This document shows, piece by piece, positions 18,121-27,973 of a DNA stretch of 64,000 nucleotides (position 1 is the first letter of the stretch; each line of letters opens with the position of its first letter). Made by a program: the position numbers and the translations under genes. The notes beneath the pieces were generated by a model. It did not search any database. It worked only from the letters and a program-made list of their open reading frames with translations, and was not told the DNA's origin. Location of the stretch: assembly GCA_965219685.1 (NCBI GenBank), contig CBDCOH010000002.1, forward strand, positions 768,001-832,000, read 5' to 3'. Source of the stretch: Candidatus Spongiisociaceae bacterium. GTDB taxonomy: Bacteria > Actinomycetota > Acidimicrobiia > Spongiisociales > Spongiisociaceae.

Positions 18121-18210
18121 CGGGTCGATTGTAAGAGAAAGGCCGGTCAAGCGGAACCCATCCTCCGCGGCCGGATGGAGCGTGTATCTCATCTTGTACC
18201 ATCCGTCGTC

Positions 18211-19461
18211 GTGCAGGTAGAGATTTCCAGGACCTCCAACGGGATGACCGTGGTCACCGAGCCGGTTCCGGGGGTTCGGTCCGTGGCGATCGGGTGCTGG
18301 GTGGATACGGGTAGCAGGGACGAGCGGCCCAACGAGGCAGGCGCTGCCCACTTCCTGGAACACCTCCTGTTCAAGGGTTCGGACCGCCTGTCGGCGCGGG
18401 ACATCTCGGAGACTTTCGATGCCATCGGCGCGCAGAGCAACGCCTTCACGTCCAAGGAGTACACCTGTTTCTGGGCGCGGATGCTCGACTCCGAACTCGA
18501 CACCGGGCTAGACCTGCTGGCCGAGATGCTCCAGCGCCCGGCCTTCCGGACCGACGAGATCGATTCGGAACGCCGGGTCGTCATCGAGGAGATCAACATG
18601 AACGAGGACGACCCCTCGGACGTGGCGATGGAAGCCTTCATGAGGACCATCTTCGACGGTCACCCGTTGGGTCTGCCGGTGCTGGGTACACGGGACTCCA
18701 TCGGCGCCATGAGCCGTGACGACCTCCACGGTTACTGGCGCCGCCGTTACGGCTCGGGCACGGTGGCGGTGACGGTGGCCGGCAACACCGAGCATCGGCG
18801 GGTAGTCGATCTCGTGGAGGAACTGTTCGATTCTTGGGACGCTCATGAAGGTGACCACGACCTGGCTCCTCCGGGGATCGAGGCAAGGGTCGACGTGGTG
18901 CGGCGGGACACGGAGCAACTCCACCTGGTCTACGGCGGTGAGTCGGTGGACCGGACCGACGAGAGCCGCCTGGCGGACGGGGTGATGCATCACATCCTCG
19001 GGGGCGGGATGTCGTCGCGACTGTTCCAGAAGATCCGGGAGGAACGCGGTCTGGCCTACGCGGTGCACAGTTTCGCGATGCGGTTTGCCGAGACCGGCGC
19101 CTGGGGCGTCTACGTCGGGACTACCCCGGCAACCGCCCATACGGTGATGGAGATCCTGACCGAAGAACTGCAGCGACTCATATCCGATGGTGTGACCGAG
19201 GAGGAACTGGAGCGAGCCAAGGGTCACATGCGTGGCGCGCTCGCCCTGGCGATGGAGGACACCAACACACGCATGATCCGCCTGGGTCGTAACCACATCT
19301 TCGGCCTTCCCCATCTCACGCTCGACGAGCGGCTGGCCCGCATCGAAGGCATCACCCGCTCGGCGCTGGCCGAGAGCGCGGCCCGGACCCTTCAGGGACC
19401 TCGGGTCATGGGGGCGGTGGGTCCGTTCGAGAGCCGGGAGTTCGAGGAATACCTGTCATGA
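18211..19461 (+). CDS. M16 (pitrilysin-family) zinc peptidase
   Basis: AHFLEHLLFKG (HxxEH), NAFTSKEYT, GGGMSSRLFQKIREERGLAY; usual position before dapB. Start estimated. Confidence 0.92.
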   Translation: MQVEISRTSNGMTVVTEPVPGVRSVAIGCWVDTGSRDERPNEAGAAHFLEHLLFKGSDRLSARDISETFDAIGAQSNAFTSKEYTCFWARMLDSELDTGLDLLAEMLQRPAFRTDEIDSERRVVIEEINMNEDDPSDVAMEAFMRTIFDGHPLGLPVLGTRDSIGAMSRDDLHGYWRRRYGSGTVAVTVAGNTEHRRVVDLVEELFDSWDAHEGDHDLAPPGIEARVDVVRRDTEQLHLVYGGESVDRTDESRLADGVMHHILGGGMSSRLFQKIREERGLAYAVHSFAMRFAETGAWGVYVGTTPATAHTVMEILTEELQRLISDGVTEEELERAKGHMRGALALAMEDTNTRMIRLGRNHIFGLPHLTLDERLARIEGITRSALAESAARTLQGPRVMGAVGPFESREFEEYLS

Positions 19462-20228
19462 TCTCGGTGGGGATATCCGGAGCTCCGGGCCGGATGGGCC
19501 GGCTTTCACTCGGCGCTCTGCTCCCTCTGGAAGAGCTGGCGGTCGGGGGGCTCTATGCCCCTGGCCACGACGGTGAAGACCTCTCGGGCCACCGCTGCTC
19601 GGGCGATCCGGAGGCGCTGCGCGATTGCGACGTGATTCTCGAGTTCACCAATCCGGATGTCGCGCCGGCCAACGTCAGCCGATGGAGATCCTTCGGAGCG
19701 CACGTTGTGATCGGTACGTCGGGATACGACAGCGGACGGCTGGCCACTCTCGCCGACGAGTGGGCGGGGAGTGCCCGGAGGTGCCTGGTCGTACCCAACT
19801 TCTCGGTGGGCGCGGTCCTGATGATGCGGTTCGCTGAGTTGGCGGCGCCTCACTTCGCCTCGGCCGAGATCATCGAGCTGCACCACGAGGACAAGCCCGA
19901 TGCTCCGTCCGGCACGTCCCTCAACACGGCGGCCCGCATCGGAGCGGCCCGCAGGGGTGCCGGCCTCACCCCGCATGGCCGTGGCAGGGAGTTGGTGCCG
20001 GGCGCTCTGGGCGCCGAGGTCGAAGGGGTGCCGATCCATTCCGTGCGGGCTCACGGCTTCGTCGCCCACCAGGAGGTGATCCTCGGTGGGACCGGCGAGT
20101 ACCTGACCATCCGGCACGACACGACCGACTACATCGCGTTCGCCCCCGGCATCATCCTGGCCCTGAGGGCGGTGTCGTCGCTGGCTGAGCCGCTGACGGT
20201 GGGACTCGAGTCCGTCCTCGGTATCTGA
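19458..20228 (+). CDS. dapB: 4-hydroxy-tetrahydrodipicolinate reductase
   Basis: GAPGRMG, VPNFSVGAVL, EIIELHHEDKPDAPSGT. Confidence 0.95.
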   Translation: MISVGISGAPGRMGRLSLGALLPLEELAVGGLYAPGHDGEDLSGHRCSGDPEALRDCDVILEFTNPDVAPANVSRWRSFGAHVVIGTSGYDSGRLATLADEWAGSARRCLVVPNFSVGAVLMMRFAELAAPHFASAEIIELHHEDKPDAPSGTSLNTAARIGAARRGAGLTPHGRGRELVPGALGAEVEGVPIHSVRAHGFVAHQEVILGGTGEYLTIRHDTTDYIAFAPGIILALRAVSSLAEPLTVGLESVLGI

Positions 20229-20499
20229 GAGAAGTGTTCGGTTAGTCCTGACGCGTACCGCGCTGCGACTGTCCGGTCCCGGCCCACGATCCTGGCCGCC
20301 CGATGTGAGTCCACTGGCTGTGCAGCGCGCTGGAGACACAGGCCGGACAGGCCGACTGTCGCGAGGCGGCTACCGAGAGCGTTCACGGCCGGGTGGAGCC
20401 GCCCGGTACCATCTATGCTCTAGGGGGAGGCCCGGTCATTAGGCAGAGGCCCGGTCACTAGACACTGGAAGATCCCGTCAATGGGGTGAGGAGGAGAAC

Positions 20500-21381
20500 G
20501 TGGATCCGTTCGGCGCGTTGCTCACCGCCATGATCACCCCGTTCGCGGTCGATGGGTCGGTCGACTATGACAGGATGGCGCGCCTTGCGATCCATCTGGT
20601 CGACAACGGTCACGACGGTCTGCTCGTAACCGGGACGACCGGTGAGTCCCCCACCCTCACCGACAGTGAGAAACTGGCGCTTTACTCGACGGTCGTGGAG
20701 GCGGTTGGGAGCAAGGCCGCGGTGGTGGCGGGCACGGGCACCTACGACACACACCACTCCATAGAACTCTCGGTGCGGGCCGCTGAACTAGGAGTCGACG
20801 GGCTGATGGCGGTCACGCCCTACTACTCGAGGCCGCCCCAATCGGGCTTGGTCGCCCACTTCGTCGCGATCGCGGACTCCACCGGGCTGCCGCTCATCGT
20901 CTACAACATCCCTGGCCGGACCGCCACGTTGATAGAGGCTGAGACCCTTGCGGAGATAGCCGAGCACCCGAACATCGTCGCCACCAAGGACGCGGTTGGT
21001 GACCTCGGGTACACGAAGGCAAGTCTCGAGTTGCTCCCTGAGGACTTCCTCGTCTACTCGGGTGACGACTCGGCAACCCTGCCGATGCTGGAACTCGGAG
21101 GCGTCGGCGTGATCTCGGTGGCCGGCCACTTCGCAGGGCGCCAGATCAAGCGGATGGTCGAGGCACACCGGAGGGGCGACACGGAGGAGGCATGGCGCCT
21201 GCACGACGGGTTGATGCCGCTGTTCGACGCGTGTTTCGCCGAGCCCAACCCGATGCCCACGAAGGCGGGTCTCAACGCGCTGTGGGAGCCGGTGGGGGAT
21301 CCGCGACTCCCGTTGGTACCGGCATCGGTCGACACACGCGACGCGGTGGTCGCCGGGGTGGGCCTGGCCCAGAGGTTGTGA
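20500..21381 (+). CDS. dapA: 4-hydroxy-tetrahydrodipicolinate synthase
   Basis: TAMITPF, GTTGESPTL, VTPYYSRP, YNIPGRT, KDA, YSGDD. Confidence 0.95.
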   Translation: MDPFGALLTAMITPFAVDGSVDYDRMARLAIHLVDNGHDGLLVTGTTGESPTLTDSEKLALYSTVVEAVGSKAAVVAGTGTYDTHHSIELSVRAAELGVDGLMAVTPYYSRPPQSGLVAHFVAIADSTGLPLIVYNIPGRTATLIEAETLAEIAEHPNIVATKDAVGDLGYTKASLELLPEDFLVYSGDDSATLPMLELGGVGVISVAGHFAGRQIKRMVEAHRRGDTEEAWRLHDGLMPLFDACFAEPNPMPTKAGLNALWEPVGDPRLPLVPASVDTRDAVVAGVGLAQRL

Positions 21382-23030
21382 GCGTCCGCGTCACTTTTCT
21401 CGGCGGTCTCGGTGAGATCGGGCGGAACTGCGCTGCCATCGAGATCGAGGGCCAGATAGCCCTGATCGACTGCGGCCTGATGTTTCCCGAAGAGGACATG
21501 TGGGGCGTCGATCTGGTCCTCCCCGACTGGCGGTGGTTGGTGGAGCGGCGCGAGGACATCCGTTGCGTGGTGCTGACGCACGGTCACGAGGACCACATGG
21601 GCGGGCTCGGTTACTTTCTCGACGAGGTGAACGTGCCCGTGTTCGGCACCCGGCTGTCCCTGGCCATCGCGGCGGGCCGGGTTGACGAGATGGGTATCGA
21701 GAAGGACTTCCGACCCATCCCCGACGGTCGCTGGGTCATCGAAGGGCCTTTCGCCTTCCAACTCATCCCGGTGTCGCACTCGGTGCCCGAGGGGAGCGGC
21801 GTGGTCTTCGACACATCGGAAGGCCTGGTGGTCCACACCGGTGACTTCAAGCTCGACCCCACTCCGGTCGATGACCGCCGTACCGATCTACCGACGTTCG
21901 CCAGGTTCGGGCGCGAGGGCGTTCGCCTGCTCCTCTCCGACTCCACCAATGCCGAGCGGGATGGGGTCGTCCCGTCCGAGAAGTCCCTGGGTCCGTCGAT
22001 CCGATCCATCGTCCAGCAGGCGCCCGGCCGGGTGATAAGCACGTGCTTCTCCAGCCATCTCCACCGGGTCCAGCAACTGGCGGACGCCGGTCTCGACTCG
22101 GGCCGTTACCTGGCCTTCATCGGACGTTCCATGGAACGGAACGTCCGCATCGGGACCGACCTCGGGGTTCTTCATCTGCCCCAGCACCGGGTGGTCAAGA
22201 TCGGAGAGGCGATGGATCTGCCCCAAGAGGAGGTCATGATCATCACAACCGGGTCGCAGGGAGAGCCTTTCTCGGCACTTTCGCTTGTCGCCGGGGGGCG
22301 CCATCGCTGGGTCAAGCTCGACCAGGACGACACGGTCCTCATCTCCGCCACGCCCGTGCCCGGGAACGAGACCGCCGTTTCGAGGGTCATCTCCGACCTC
22401 ACCCGGAGCGGTGCCAGGGTCTTCCACGGTCGCAACGCCTACGTGCACGTGTCCGGGCACGCTACCGCCGAGGAACTCAAGACATTCCTCAACGTGGTCA
22501 GGCCAACGACCCTCGTCCCGATCCACGGCGAGTATCGCCATCTCAGTGCCCATGCCGACCTCGCGGTCGAGATGGGGGTGCCCGAGGTGCTGGTGCTCGA
22601 GGACGGGGACGCCGTGATTCTCGACGGGGATGAAACCCTCGTGGAGCGGAGTGCGGTGGAGTCGCGATACGTGTACGTGGACGGTTCGGGAGTGGGGGAC
22701 ATCCGCGAGTCCCTGCTCCGGGAGCGTGCCCAATTGGGTGACGACGGGGTTGTGGTGGTGTCGCTCATGCTCGATGCGGACACCGGACGGTTGGCCGCTC
22801 CGCCCGCGCTGACCAGCCACGGATTCATGGACGACGCCGCGGAGCTTCTGGACGATCTGTCCGCCGCGATCGAACGGGCCGTGGCCAAGGACCCGGGCCG
22901 GTTCGAGAAGGCTCCCCACGTCGCCGTTCGCCAGGTCGCCCGCCGGATGATCAAGGCCGAGACCGGGCGGCGGCCCGTCGTCCTACCCGTGATCAGCTCC
23001 CCGGAGCGGATGCCGCGCCGGCGGAGCTAG
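21378..23030 (+). CDS. rnj: Ribonuclease J
   Basis: FLGGLGEIGRN, THGHEDHMG, HTGDFKLD, TGSQGEP, HVSGHA, PIHGEYRH; GTG overlaps the dapA stop. Confidence 0.95.
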   Translation: MSVRVTFLGGLGEIGRNCAAIEIEGQIALIDCGLMFPEEDMWGVDLVLPDWRWLVERREDIRCVVLTHGHEDHMGGLGYFLDEVNVPVFGTRLSLAIAAGRVDEMGIEKDFRPIPDGRWVIEGPFAFQLIPVSHSVPEGSGVVFDTSEGLVVHTGDFKLDPTPVDDRRTDLPTFARFGREGVRLLLSDSTNAERDGVVPSEKSLGPSIRSIVQQAPGRVISTCFSSHLHRVQQLADAGLDSGRYLAFIGRSMERNVRIGTDLGVLHLPQHRVVKIGEAMDLPQEEVMIITTGSQGEPFSALSLVAGGRHRWVKLDQDDTVLISATPVPGNETAVSRVISDLTRSGARVFHGRNAYVHVSGHATAEELKTFLNVVRPTTLVPIHGEYRHLSAHADLAVEMGVPEVLVLEDGDAVILDGDETLVERSAVESRYVYVDGSGVGDIRESLLRERAQLGDDGVVVVSLMLDADTGRLAAPPALTSHGFMDDAAELLDDLSAAIERAVAKDPGRFEKAPHVAVRQVARRMIKAETGRRPVVLPVISSPERMPRRRS

Positions 23031-23043
23031 CGGCTGGTGGCGT

Positions 23044-23358
23044 TCCACCATTCACCACTGACCATTCACCATTCACCATTCACCACTCACCACTGACCAT
23101 TCACGACTCACCATTCACCACTCACCAATCACGACTCACCACTCACGACTCACCATTCACCATTCACCATTCACCACTGCCCATTCACCATTCACCATTC
23201 ACGACTCACCATTCACCACTGACCATTCACCACTCACCACTCACCACTCACCACTCACCACTGACCATTCACGATTCACCATTCACGATTCACCATTCAC
23301 GACTCACCATTCACCATTCACGACTCACCATTCACGACTCACCATTCACCACTCACCA
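23044..23358. repeat. Degenerate heptamer array, about 45 units (TTCACCA/CTCACCA/CTGACCA/TTCACGA)
   Basis: Strict 7-bp period filling the rnj-ftsK intergenic space. Confidence 0.97.
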
Positions 23359-23407
23359 CCGAAGGTCGTTGAGTAGTTCCCGCGGTTGGTGTAGTGTTTC
23401 CTCCCAC

Positions 23408-25951
23408 ATGACCAAGACGACATCCACCCGTGGGACCACGGGGCGGAGGCGGGTGTCTCAGGTACATGCAAGGAAGGCGACAGCCACGCGACCAGGTTCG
23501 CGTTCGGCAGGTCAGCGGCGGGCAAGGGCAGGTAGCTCCGGGCCGCGCCGCTCGCCCGACCCCAAACGAAGTTCCAGGGCCGGACGGTCCGGGAAGGCAT
23601 CGCGCGCCGGGGGCTCGGCACGTTCCGCACAGAGGTCGACCGGAAGGCAGGCCGAACCGGGCCGTGGACGCCCGCTGCCGGCGACCCTTTACCAGTGGGT
23701 GCGGTTCGGGCTGGGACGCCAGCCTCACGACGTGGTCGGCCTATGCATGGCGCTGGTCGGGGCTTTGATCACTCTGGCATTCTTCGGCGCGGCAGGTCCA
23801 CTGGGGGAGTGGGCGGTCGAAGGGCTTCGCTTCGTGGTAGGAGTATGGGTCTACGTGACTCCCGTGTTCCTGGTGGCACTCGGCGGTTACCTCGTTGTGG
23901 GCAGGCACCAGAACGGGTTCCGGCGGATTCTGGTTGGGGTGCTTTTCTGGTTTGTGGGGAGCCTGGCCCTCTTCCATCTCCTCACCGGCAGTGTTTCCCT
24001 GGCCGGGAACATCGACGGGGTCAAACAGTCGGGTGGGGTGCTGGGATCGCTTGTCGCGTATCCCCTCAACCGGTTGCTTGGATTCGCGGGTGCCTTCCTG
24101 GTGATATGCGTCCTGCTCGCTGCCGGCGTGATGCTGGTCGTGCGGGCGACCGTGCGGGAGGTAGTGGTCGCAGCAGCGGAGTCGCTCGCTCTCGCGGGCC
24201 GGGTCGTCAGGGCCAGGCTGACCACCCGCCCGGTCGGGCGCCGGCGTCCTTCCTCCGGCGGAGAGAAGGCTCCTGCGCCGAGGGTACAACCCCGTCCGGC
24301 CCCTTCCCACAAGGCTCCCCAACGGCCTCCTCCTCGTTCGTCCCCACCGCAGGAGTCCGTCGATCCTTCGCCGCAGGACGACAGGCCCCGCTCGTCCGGC
24401 AACAGGCGGAAGGCTCGACCCTCCCCGCCCCCCGCCGCCGAGAACAGCGTCCCCCACCTACGAGTCGTTCCGACCTCGGAACCCACCCCTCGAGCGTCGG
24501 GAACGAGCGACTACCAGCTTCCTCCCATCGACTTGCTCAAGACGGGTGGGCGGGAAGGCCAGAGCCGTCGCATGCTCGAGGAAACCGCTCGGCAACTCGA
24601 GGAGACCCTCCACCACCACGATGTGAACGCCCGACTCACCAATATCGTTCCCGGCCCTACCGTCACCCGCTACGAGATCGAGCTGGCCCCAGGAGTGAAG
24701 GTGGCGCGGGTCACCAACCTGGCGGGCGACATCGCCTACGCGCTCGCAACTCCCGACGTGCGGCTGCTGGCGCCGATCCCCGGAAGGTCCGCGATCGGGG
24801 TCGAGGTCCCTAACCGTGTCCGGCGCCTCGTCACGCTCGGTGACGTGCTCTCCTCCGACGAGGCCTCCCGGCTGTCGCATCCGCTGGTCGTCGGCCTGGG
24901 CGAGGACATATCGGGTCAGCCCGTGCTCCTGAACCTGGCGGAACTGCCCCACGTGTTGATCGCCGGGGCGACCGGGGCCGGCAAGTCGTCGTGTATCAAC
25001 TCGATCGTCACGTCCTTGCTGGCGCGCACCGAGCCGGATGACGTCCGGTTGATAATGGTCGACCCCAAACGGGTCGAGTTGGGCCAGTACAACGGGGTAC
25101 CCCACCTTCTCACCCGAGTAATCACCAAGCCGAAGAAGGCAGTGGACGCTCTCCAATGGGCGGTGGCGGAGATGGACCGCCGCTACGACCTGCTCGCCGA
25201 GGCGGGCGTCCGTGACATATCGGGCTACCGCGCCGCGTTCGACTCCGGCCGGCTCGGCGACGGTTCCTTTGACCGGTTCCCGTACCTGATCGTCCTCATC
25301 GACGAGTTGAACGACCTGATGATGGTGGCCGGAAGGGACGTGGAGAGCGCCGTCGTGAGGATCGCCCAGATGGCTCGGGCCGTTGGCATCCACCTGGTCA
25401 TCGCCACCCAGCGTCCGTCGGTCAACGTCATCACCGGCGTCATCAAAGCCAATGTTCCCAGCCGGCTGGCGTTCTCGGTGGCTTCCCAGACCGACTCGCG
25501 GGTCATCATCGACACCGTGGGTGCAGAGAAGCTGGTGGGCATGGGAGACATGCTGGTGGTGACTGCCCGGGAGCCGCGCGCCAAACGCGTCCAGGGTGCG
25601 TGGGTGAGCGAGGCCGAGATCGCTGCGGTGGTGGAGTGGGTCAAGGACCAGAAGGCGGCCGATTACCGACGGATCGCTGAGGAAGTGGCTGTGGAGCGCC
25701 GGGCCGCTGCCGAGGCCGACGTCGGGGAGGACGCCGATCTGGTCCGCAGGGCTACGGATTTGGTGGTCCGGTCGCAGTTGGGTTCCACCTCGATGCTGCA
25801 GAGGAAGCTACGGATCGGCTTCGCCCGGGCGGGCCGTATCATGGACATTCTCGAACAGAAGGGGATCGTCGGTCCGTCCGAAGGCTCCAAGGCCCGCGAG
25901 GTGCTCATGACCGTCGACGAGTTGGAGAGCCCGGTCGGCGCTCCGGTCTGA
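23408..25951 (+). CDS. ftsK: DNA translocase FtsK
   Basis: N-terminal TM helices, PHVLIAGATGAGKS, MVDPKRVEL, IDELNDLMM, ATQRPSV, gamma domain STSMLQRKLRIGFARAGR. Confidence 0.96.
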   Translation: MTKTTSTRGTTGRRRVSQVHARKATATRPGSRSAGQRRARAGSSGPRRSPDPKRSSRAGRSGKASRAGGSARSAQRSTGRQAEPGRGRPLPATLYQWVRFGLGRQPHDVVGLCMALVGALITLAFFGAAGPLGEWAVEGLRFVVGVWVYVTPVFLVALGGYLVVGRHQNGFRRILVGVLFWFVGSLALFHLLTGSVSLAGNIDGVKQSGGVLGSLVAYPLNRLLGFAGAFLVICVLLAAGVMLVVRATVREVVVAAAESLALAGRVVRARLTTRPVGRRRPSSGGEKAPAPRVQPRPAPSHKAPQRPPPRSSPPQESVDPSPQDDRPRSSGNRRKARPSPPPAAENSVPHLRVVPTSEPTPRASGTSDYQLPPIDLLKTGGREGQSRRMLEETARQLEETLHHHDVNARLTNIVPGPTVTRYEIELAPGVKVARVTNLAGDIAYALATPDVRLLAPIPGRSAIGVEVPNRVRRLVTLGDVLSSDEASRLSHPLVVGLGEDISGQPVLLNLAELPHVLIAGATGAGKSSCINSIVTSLLARTEPDDVRLIMVDPKRVELGQYNGVPHLLTRVITKPKKAVDALQWAVAEMDRRYDLLAEAGVRDISGYRAAFDSGRLGDGSFDRFPYLIVLIDELNDLMMVAGRDVESAVVRIAQMARAVGIHLVIATQRPSVNVITGVIKANVPSRLAFSVASQTDSRVIIDTVGAEKLVGMGDMLVVTAREPRAKRVQGAWVSEAEIAAVVEWVKDQKAADYRRIAEEVAVERRAAAEADVGEDADLVRRATDLVVRSQLGSTSMLQRKLRIGFARAGRIMDILEQKGIVGPSEGSKAREVLMTVDELESPVGAPV

Positions 25952-25987
25952 CGGTACCCAACCTCCAACGGCGTAGCATGGAGTCCG

Positions 25988-27169
25988 ATGGCTTACGTAT
26001 TCGAACTGCCGGACATAGGCGAGGGCCTCACCGAGGCGGACATCATTCGTTGGCACGTTCCGGTGGGTGACAGTGTCGCGATGGACCAGATCCTGGTAGA
26101 GGTCGAGACCGCCAAGGCGGTGGTGGAGATCCCGTCGCCGGCCGCCGGGACGCTGCTACATCACGGCGCCGGCGAAGGTACGACGCTCACGGTCGGAGCG
26201 GTCCTAGCCGTCATCGGCGATGCAGACGAGTCTTGGCGGGGCCACGACCTCGGTACGGATCTCTCAGGTTCCGGCCAAGCGGGCGGAACCGCGGATCCGG
26301 GAGCCCAGAAGCGGGGGCGGCGTCGTTCGGCCGGGGGAGACCGCCCGCAGGCGTTGCCGGTGGTCCGGAGGCTGGCGCGCGAGCACGGCGTCGACTTGGG
26401 ATCCATCGCCGGGTCAGGTCCGGGAGGACGGATCACCAGGGACGATGTCATGGCGGCGGCAAGCCCGGAGCCTCCGCGTGAAACTGTAGGTGGCGAGCGG
26501 GTGCGGCTCTCGATGCTCCGCCGCACCATCGCAGAGCACATGAGTTCCTCCTGGCGGGAGATCCCTCACGTGACCATCTTCCAGGATGTCGACGCCACGC
26601 GTCTGCTGACCGCGCGCCGCGCACTCGCGGGGCGGCACGAGCGGCAGATACCGATGGAGGCCCTCGTCGTCAAGGCGCTCACGCCCGTGCTGGGTCGCTT
26701 CAGGGAGTTCAACGCCACCCTCGACGGTGACGAACTGATCCTCCACAGTTCCCTGGATGTCGGGATTGCGGTCGACACGGCCGACGGGTTGCTAGTGCCC
26801 ACAATCCCGAACGCCGGGGAGATGGGCTTACTGTTGCTGGCGGAGGCTATATCGGATCTGGGGACCCGAGGCAAGGCCCGGACCCTCGCAGCCCACGAAC
26901 TGACCGGTGCCACTTTCACTGTCTCCAACTTCGGGGCTCTGGGAGGGGGTAGGGGAACACCGATCATTCCGTTGGGGACCACCGCCATCCTCGCAGTGGG
27001 ACGAGCCGAGGACACCCCGGTGGTGAGGAACGGCAGCGTGTCGATCGCGCCGATGATGCCGCTGTCGCTCGCATTCGATCACCGTGTGATAGACGGCGGC
27101 GCTGGTCAGCGTTTCGTCGCCATGCTGGTGGAGAACCTCGAGGAGCCGGCTCTGTTCCTGGCCGATTGA
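25988..27169 (+). CDS. 2-oxo-acid dehydrogenase E2 (dihydrolipoamide acyltransferase)
   Basis: Lipoyl domain LPDIGEGL...VETAKA, E3-binding GSGPGGRITRDDV, catalytic FDHRVIDG. Confidence 0.93.
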   Translation: MAYVFELPDIGEGLTEADIIRWHVPVGDSVAMDQILVEVETAKAVVEIPSPAAGTLLHHGAGEGTTLTVGAVLAVIGDADESWRGHDLGTDLSGSGQAGGTADPGAQKRGRRRSAGGDRPQALPVVRRLAREHGVDLGSIAGSGPGGRITRDDVMAAASPEPPRETVGGERVRLSMLRRTIAEHMSSSWREIPHVTIFQDVDATRLLTARRALAGRHERQIPMEALVVKALTPVLGRFREFNATLDGDELILHSSLDVGIAVDTADGLLVPTIPNAGEMGLLLLAEAISDLGTRGKARTLAAHELTGATFTVSNFGALGGGRGTPIIPLGTTAILAVGRAEDTPVVRNGSVSIAPMMPLSLAFDHRVIDGGAGQRFVAMLVENLEEPALFLAD

Positions 27170-27195
27170 TGGTGAATGGTGAATGGTGAATGGTG
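27170..27195. repeat. Short (TGGTGAA)n heptamer tract directly after the E2 stop
   Basis: tggtgaa x3 + tggtg. Confidence 0.85.
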
Positions 27196-27239
27196 TTATT
27201 GTCTACTAAGCTTATATTAGACTACTGACCAGTCCAGAA

Positions 27240-27758
27240 CTATCCATCCAGTTTCTTTTCGTACGTCACGGAGGTCCGCAGCCGGTCCTCGGGTATGTCG
27301 TAGTAGGTGCGCAGCACGGCCACCGGGTCCTCGGAGAGTGAATAACCGGCCTTCCCCAGGTTGCCCCTCGCCTTGTAGTTGGCGCTGTACGTTCCCGCTA
27401 TCAGGAGCGAACCTGGCGGGAGCCTCGCCTCCACGTGTTCCAGAAGCCGGGAACCGACTCCCTGCCGCTGGCAGCGGGGCAGGATGTAGGCATGGCGCAG
27501 GAGCACCACGTCCCCGATCGGCTCGCTACCCATCACGCCAACCAGTTCACCCTCCGCGAAGGCTCCCCACCATGTCATCCTTTGCGCCTCGGCTTCCCAA
27601 CCCGCCTCGTCCATCTCCGGGGAGTGCAACTCACCGTGAGGTATGAACTCCCGGTACCAATCCGCGGCGGCGTTGACAACCTCCACTGCTCGGACCCGAT
27701 CGGCCGAGGTCAACTCGCGGATGTCGATTCTCTCGATCACCGCCTCCCTCACCGGCAT
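27240..27758 (-). CDS. GNAT family N-acetyltransferase
   Basis: LRHAYILPRCQRQGVGSRLL (acetyl-CoA motif A). Start uncertain. Confidence 0.8.
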   Translation of the reverse strand: MPVREAVIERIDIRELTSADRVRAVEVVNAAADWYREFIPHGELHSPEMDEAGWEAEAQRMTWWGAFAEGELVGVMGSEPIGDVVLLRHAYILPRCQRQGVGSRLLEHVEARLPPGSLLIAGTYSANYKARGNLGKAGYSLSEDPVAVLRTYYDIPEDRLRTSVTYEKKLDG

Positions 27759-27973
27759 ACAGCAGGATAGTGCGGCATCGGTTCGATGCGCGGAACACCC
27801 CATGGGCATGGGTCCGGACGGAGGCCCGCATTCGGGGTGTGTTGCGCGGCGGGCAGGGTGATGTCCGACCTCACCAAGGTCCGACCGTTGCCCGGATGCC
27901 GCGTCTTGGCACCCCCGCCGCCTACTATCGTGACGAAGGAGTACCGGAGGGATGCTGGGAGGCGGAGCTCAGA

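Noticed and set aside
17209-18210. N-terminal 334 aa of the 750-aa ORF as a fusion to the M16 peptidase
   Set aside because: It is antisense to the rhomboid gene; peptidase homology starts near 18211.
23044-23358. Possible CRISPR array
   Set aside because: Continuous 7-bp period with no unique spacers and no cas genes.
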